Origin: an uncultured bacterium
Lineage (GTDB): Bacteria; Oederibacteriota; PGYV01; CAWJRG01
Assembly: GCA_963845185.1 (NCBI GenBank)
Contig: CAWJRG010000009.1
Coordinates: forward strand, 1-64,000
Direction of reading: 5' to 3'
DNA length: 64,000 nt
The translations under genes were made by a program, and so were the position numbers. Below the pieces are notes generated by a model that saw only the letters and a list, made by a program, of their open reading frames with translations, searched no databases and had not been told where the DNA came from. Below, piece after piece: positions 60,701 to 64,000 of the stretch; positions within the stretch are counted from its first letter, which is position 1, and each line of letters opens with the position of its first letter.

Positions 60701-61310
60701 AGCAGGTTTTCATAAATTTAAAATAGAAGCCCGAAGAAGGACGCGCGAAGACAGCATTATATTAAATCCCTTAATTTCCAGGGTAACGGGTTCAAAAGTC
60801 GGTACAGGAAGCTTTAAAATGAATAAAGATTCTTTATATTCATTCGGGATTGAAGGCCTGCACGAGTATTATTATTACAAGACCGGCATGTGGAATAAAA
60901 ATAATATCGCCGACGAGGAAATAACCCCATATATTTGGTTCAGCAACCTGAGCTGCGACCCGTACCCGGCCTTTAAATGGCAGGGGAAAATAAATATTGA
61001 AAAAGATGGTTCCTATAAAATATTTACACAAAGCAACGGTTATGTAAGGATAGAAATAGAAAAAAAGCAGTACTGGGATACGGGGGTGCCTGGAGATTAC
61101 GAGGCAAAGATCAACGATTTTTTTAAAAACGACAAAGCCATGAAAGTTAACAAGTTTAATTTAAGCAAAGGCGAACATAACATAGAAATATACTCGTATA
61201 CTTCAGGAATGATAAATTTGTTGTGGGATGAGGGGAATCAAAGCAACAGCGGCGTGTTCCTGCCGCCGGATATTTTAGAACCCGACTATCAAATAACTGA
61301 TTATAAATGA
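57750..61310 (+). CDS. Large GT-C (ArnT/PMT-like) glycosyltransferase with PA14-like domains (copy 2)
   Basis: Paralog of 53175, sharing RPFG.ENDE, RSGHGT, RERNSGGR, RWIGGLDEL and YYPGHPPY. Confidence 0.78.
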   Translation: MNTKYTQAIVKYFLIIISVGLIITGQILILGGNNFIWGLIFSGFAIILFFSAINSRYLQIQPAVNKIINIIASIIKQIIKIEGIPEREKSQQKQILKKQEILKPVAEKTRIQPSVEEKQKQIPEEISIIIPKILFFILALLLAAVSQVFLLMHSIKMLIFLLMMAVISFFIFFGIKGTKINIRLTVKDILIFALRLAGIALITIGWIFLIKSSVVTQEWGVAFTVSGVLLLFILLPENTDKGNGKIDEFLFSAYDESGKGLKHSLLDSPVFKTILLIAAFILFKAGSELIAGPKGFIGLGLYFLALICVFFILPLFGFPGKYFNNKYVNILKLILVLTALFIAYKAQCLFVANSPDKAIFWYFAAALIFIFAFPVHVFKDENYSEEEKFPIKIEIIYLTVAILLGIFLMTYELDLRPFGLENDETGGFIGHLLDKIHGRASFNVGNYGILYNLTNLIVAIIGVSRISMKLLGVILGIIAIPAIYFFVRKVISTRAAMFITAIFIFLRIILHYERSGHGTILATIAIPAAIYFMVKAIEKRDKVSYFLAGLAISLGWHSLMTVFLITVMPILYFAIKIATVKGFLRKNYIGLIAFFLGFWIFASMDMHNYFISNRIYFARINEVSVFSKDPNAPKNPAQGILNNTKSVLLMFNHMGDFRERNSGGRNYEPTIDFTSAMFFALGFIYCLYYSRYSLYFIVLLIFFSQAAGSIFSIEAPSAMRAFGTIIPVFFFIGIIFEKIRIAFKGVFGKKWEIVYLPIILILPLFFIVKANYYQYFQRWIGGLDELATAGGMYSEKIGKSYRIFLHTSLYYPGHPPYRFYRWDYKVNSSNRVLDGLENLSIITDENYAVLLQPDTWDALPYWLKKFPAAKHEIITQSYFNKKLKGNEGFGKFFDSILISNKEIQSIKGLKGEYYYSDGLKKIINNDIPEFTADDADKTPYRVVWSGELLVPYYSLIMFDNRGTAPAEIFVDNHKIDMGKNIKLAAGFHKFKIEARRRTREDSIILNPLISRVTGSKVGTGSFKMNKDSLYSFGIEGLHEYYYYKTGMWNKNNIADEEITPYIWFSNLSCDPYPAFKWQGKINIEKDGSYKIFTQSNGYVRIEIEKKQYWDTGVPGDYEAKINDFFKNDKAMKVNKFNLSKGEHNIEIYSYTSGMINLLWDEGNQSNSGVFLPPDILEPDYQITDYK

Positions 61311-61385
61311 CGGGGATGCGGAATTAATGGATTGATAATCGAGAGTGCAATGGAGTACGGCAAAAAATAAAAAGGAGATATTTAA

Positions 61386-62330
61386 TTGCCAAAACTTCTT
61401 TCAATCGTAATTACAACCTGCAATCGTTACGGAGACTTAATGGAATGCCTTGATTCGGTATTTAAGTCTGATTATGAAAACTATGAAATAATAGTAATTG
61501 ATGATGCTTCTACAGATAATACAAAAGACCTGACTGAAATAGTAATCAAGGCAAAATTCGGCATACACGAAAACCACGTTTCTGTAATTCACAACCCCGG
61601 CAATTTTAAAATGGTAAAATCGCGCAACATAGGCGCAAAAACCGCAAAAGGCAGATATGTATTGTTTATTGACGATGATAATATATTCAGCAATGATATG
61701 ATAAGCCTGCTTGTTAATTTTGCAGATAAGCATCCTGAATTCGGAATAATAGGGCCGAGCATGTATTATAAAAATGGCGAAAAGTTATACATGAACTACC
61801 AAAAAATAAATTTTTTTACCGGGAAAACTTGGGGGATTAAGGCAGAAGAATCGTCAAAAGAGTATTTCGAGACCGACGGCGTGCCGAACGTATTCCTCAT
61901 AAGAAAAGAAGTATTTGAGCAGGCCGGATATTTTGACGAAGCATTAATACAGACTTTTACCGAGCCTGATTTTGCTTTTAATGCCCTGAAATTCGGCTTT
62001 AAGAGCTGCATGGTGAAAAAGGCAAAAGTACTTCATAAAATCGAAGAAAAAGACAATCTAAGCCCCAGGGGGCTTGGCGGACAGTTTATACAAAAAGCGT
62101 ATTGCCTTATGAGAAACAGGACGGTGATAATCGCGCGGTACGCTAATCCGGTTCAGAAAACTATTTATTTTCTGTTTTTTTCATGGGCTTGGCCTTTGCT
62201 TTATTCCGGTTTAATGATAAAATCTAAAAGGGCAGATCTTATTAAACTTTACTGGGCAGGCTTTAGGGATGGAATAGGATATTTATTTACGGGAAAATTA
62301 AAAAACAGCCTGCCGGAACTTATGAAATGA
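61386..62330 (+). CDS. Glycosyltransferase family 2
   Basis: SIVITTCNR, VIDDASTD, SRNIG, LFIDDD and GYFDE motifs. TTG start after GGAG. Confidence 0.9.
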   Translation: MPKLLSIVITTCNRYGDLMECLDSVFKSDYENYEIIVIDDASTDNTKDLTEIVIKAKFGIHENHVSVIHNPGNFKMVKSRNIGAKTAKGRYVLFIDDDNIFSNDMISLLVNFADKHPEFGIIGPSMYYKNGEKLYMNYQKINFFTGKTWGIKAEESSKEYFETDGVPNVFLIRKEVFEQAGYFDEALIQTFTEPDFAFNALKFGFKSCMVKKAKVLHKIEEKDNLSPRGLGGQFIQKAYCLMRNRTVIIARYANPVQKTIYFLFFSWAWPLLYSGLMIKSKRADLIKLYWAGFRDGIGYLFTGKLKNSLPELMK

Positions 62331-62437
62331 AATAATCACTTTCTTTGATTTAAAAATTATTTGTAGAAAATTAGTATTGAGAAGGTTTGCAAGAAGCATT
62401 TATATTGCGCGGGGCGGAGGAGTTTGTAAAAGAATAA

Positions 62438-63925
62438 ATGGCTAAAATCACTTTTATATATCCTGATTTTGAGAGCTTGGGCGTTGAATACCTGATGGCA
62501 TCCTGTTTAAAAAACGGCCATGAGGCGGATTATGTTTTTTATCATGCCGAGGACATGTACGCGGGCGAAAAAGACAGGGTTGTCAATTTTTTAAGTGTAG
62601 CAAAAAAGATAGCCGGTACAAACCCGCATATTGCGGCATTTTCATGCGTGACAGACAATTACCGGTTCCAACTCGGCTGCGCGGAAGCGCTTAAAACAAT
62701 TATGCCTGATATAATAACAGTATTCGGCGGAGTTCATCCTACCATAGTGCCGGAGATTGTTTTAAAAGAAAAAGCAGTTGACTGCATTGCTGTCGGAGAA
62801 GCAGAAAATTCCTTTCAGGATTTTATCAAAAAATGCAGAATCGGCAAAAAAATCACATTACCCAGCCGGCCTGTAAAAGGCATTGTTTTTAAATTAAAAG
62901 GCAACACTGCCGGCGATTTTAAGGAAGGCAGGCTCCCGGACCTGAATAAACTGCCGTTTCCTTATAAAAAGCCGCTTTACACAAGGCTTAAGGCTTTTTC
63001 CCGAGAGTATTATATAATAACAGCCCGAGGCTGCCCCTATAACTGTTCGTATTGTTTTAACTCATATTTGCGGCATTTGCGGGGCGCAGGCATTATCCGG
63101 CAAAGGACGGTTGATAACGTGATTGCCGAGCTTTTACAGGCAAAACGCGAATATGCGCCAAGGCACGTCACTTTTTTGGACGATTGTTTTGCCATTGACG
63201 ATAAATGGCTCAAGGAGTTTTGCCGGCGCTATAAGAATGAAGTCAACCTGCCGTTTGCATGCATCATGATACCGCAGTATTTAAACAAAGAAAAAGTTCA
63301 GGCATTGAGTTCAGCGGGCTGTTATCATGTGCAGATAGGCATTCAATCGCTTAATAACAGGCTCTGCAACAACATCCTGCGGAGAAGGTCTGATAACATA
63401 AAAAGCGGTGAAGCTATACGCATGCTTAGAGACGCCGGGATTATGGTACAGGCCGATCATATGCTTGGCATTCCCAGAGATACACCGGCGATGGAAGAAG
63501 ATGCCGCGCTGTTTTATAATAAATTCCGGCCGAATATAATAAGCACTTTCTGGCTTAAGTATTACCCGAAAACCGGGATTATTGACAGCGCGAAGCAAAA
63601 AGGCATCCTAAACGCACAGGATATAAAAGCCGTAAACGAAGGTAATGCATTAACGAAAGAATCGCTGCATACCGGCGGCAGCATGAAAGACCCGAGCCCA
63701 TATTACGGCATTTACCTTTTATTAAATTATTTACCCTTATTGCCGTCATGGCTTGTGCGTTTTCTAATAAAACAAAAATTGTATAAAAAGCTGGCAATTA
63801 AAAATGCTTTTGTTTCATTTGTCTTACCGCGCTTTCTGCTTGCTGCCTTGCATAGAAAAGATTTTCGTGACAGGGGATATATGTACCGCTATTTAAATAA
63901 AAATTTCCTGCAAAAGGCAAGATAG
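62438..63925 (+). CDS. Cobalamin-binding radical SAM protein
   Basis: ESLGVEYL, FGGVHPT, VGEAE, ARGCPYNCSYC and RTVDNVIAE motifs. Confidence 0.92.
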   Translation: MAKITFIYPDFESLGVEYLMASCLKNGHEADYVFYHAEDMYAGEKDRVVNFLSVAKKIAGTNPHIAAFSCVTDNYRFQLGCAEALKTIMPDIITVFGGVHPTIVPEIVLKEKAVDCIAVGEAENSFQDFIKKCRIGKKITLPSRPVKGIVFKLKGNTAGDFKEGRLPDLNKLPFPYKKPLYTRLKAFSREYYIITARGCPYNCSYCFNSYLRHLRGAGIIRQRTVDNVIAELLQAKREYAPRHVTFLDDCFAIDDKWLKEFCRRYKNEVNLPFACIMIPQYLNKEKVQALSSAGCYHVQIGIQSLNNRLCNNILRRRSDNIKSGEAIRMLRDAGIMVQADHMLGIPRDTPAMEEDAALFYNKFRPNIISTFWLKYYPKTGIIDSAKQKGILNAQDIKAVNEGNALTKESLHTGGSMKDPSPYYGIYLLLNYLPLLPSWLVRFLIKQKLYKKLAIKNAFVSFVLPRFLLAALHRKDFRDRGYMYRYLNKNFLQKAR

Positions 63926-64000
63926 CGTGTGGAAACTCAAAAAGAGAGATGGTGAAATGAAAATAAAATACAGGGAATTAATAATACCAGCCGCCACACT

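Noticed and set aside
360..63797. Numerous long antisense or alternate-frame ORFs (e.g. 360-1010, 25281-26129, 4738-5274)
   Set aside because: They overlap well-supported genes and carry no recognisable motifs.

Overview
A 64-kb bacterial chromosomal window. The Thr/Pro-rich secreted proteins and gene style suggest a candidate-phylum diderm such as Ca. Goldiibacteriota (inference only). It has four zones. (1) 1-7.0 kb: two IS1182-family elements around valS (split by a 1-nt frameshift) and nadC. (2) 7.1-21.5 kb: an accessory region of secreted proteins (tandem lipoprotein serpins, a Kelch-like lipoprotein, duplicated GH8 enzymes, an NHL propeller, a repeat protein, an MDR oxidoreductase, DUF1646). 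(3) 21.6-43 kb: housekeeping genes (birA, der-plsY-gpsA, MerR, two tRNA-Pro, pcm, an RpoS-like sigma factor, apt, tyrS, EndoQ, LOG, AmrS, Maf, a PPIase). (4) 43-64 kb: an AT-rich glycosylation locus (carbamoyltransferase, wecE/wecD-like genes, an ArnC-like GT2, three large GT-C/PA14-like membrane proteins of which two are paired with NHL proteins, and a B12 radical SAM enzyme). The most striking unexplained signal is a non-coding two-hairpin element with compensatory base changes. It has five full copies and one partial copy in four gene leaders (including apt), always ending just before a ribosome-binding site. It occurs singly, in tandem, and nested inside itself in both orientations. I do not recognise it as a known Rfam family, but no search was run.
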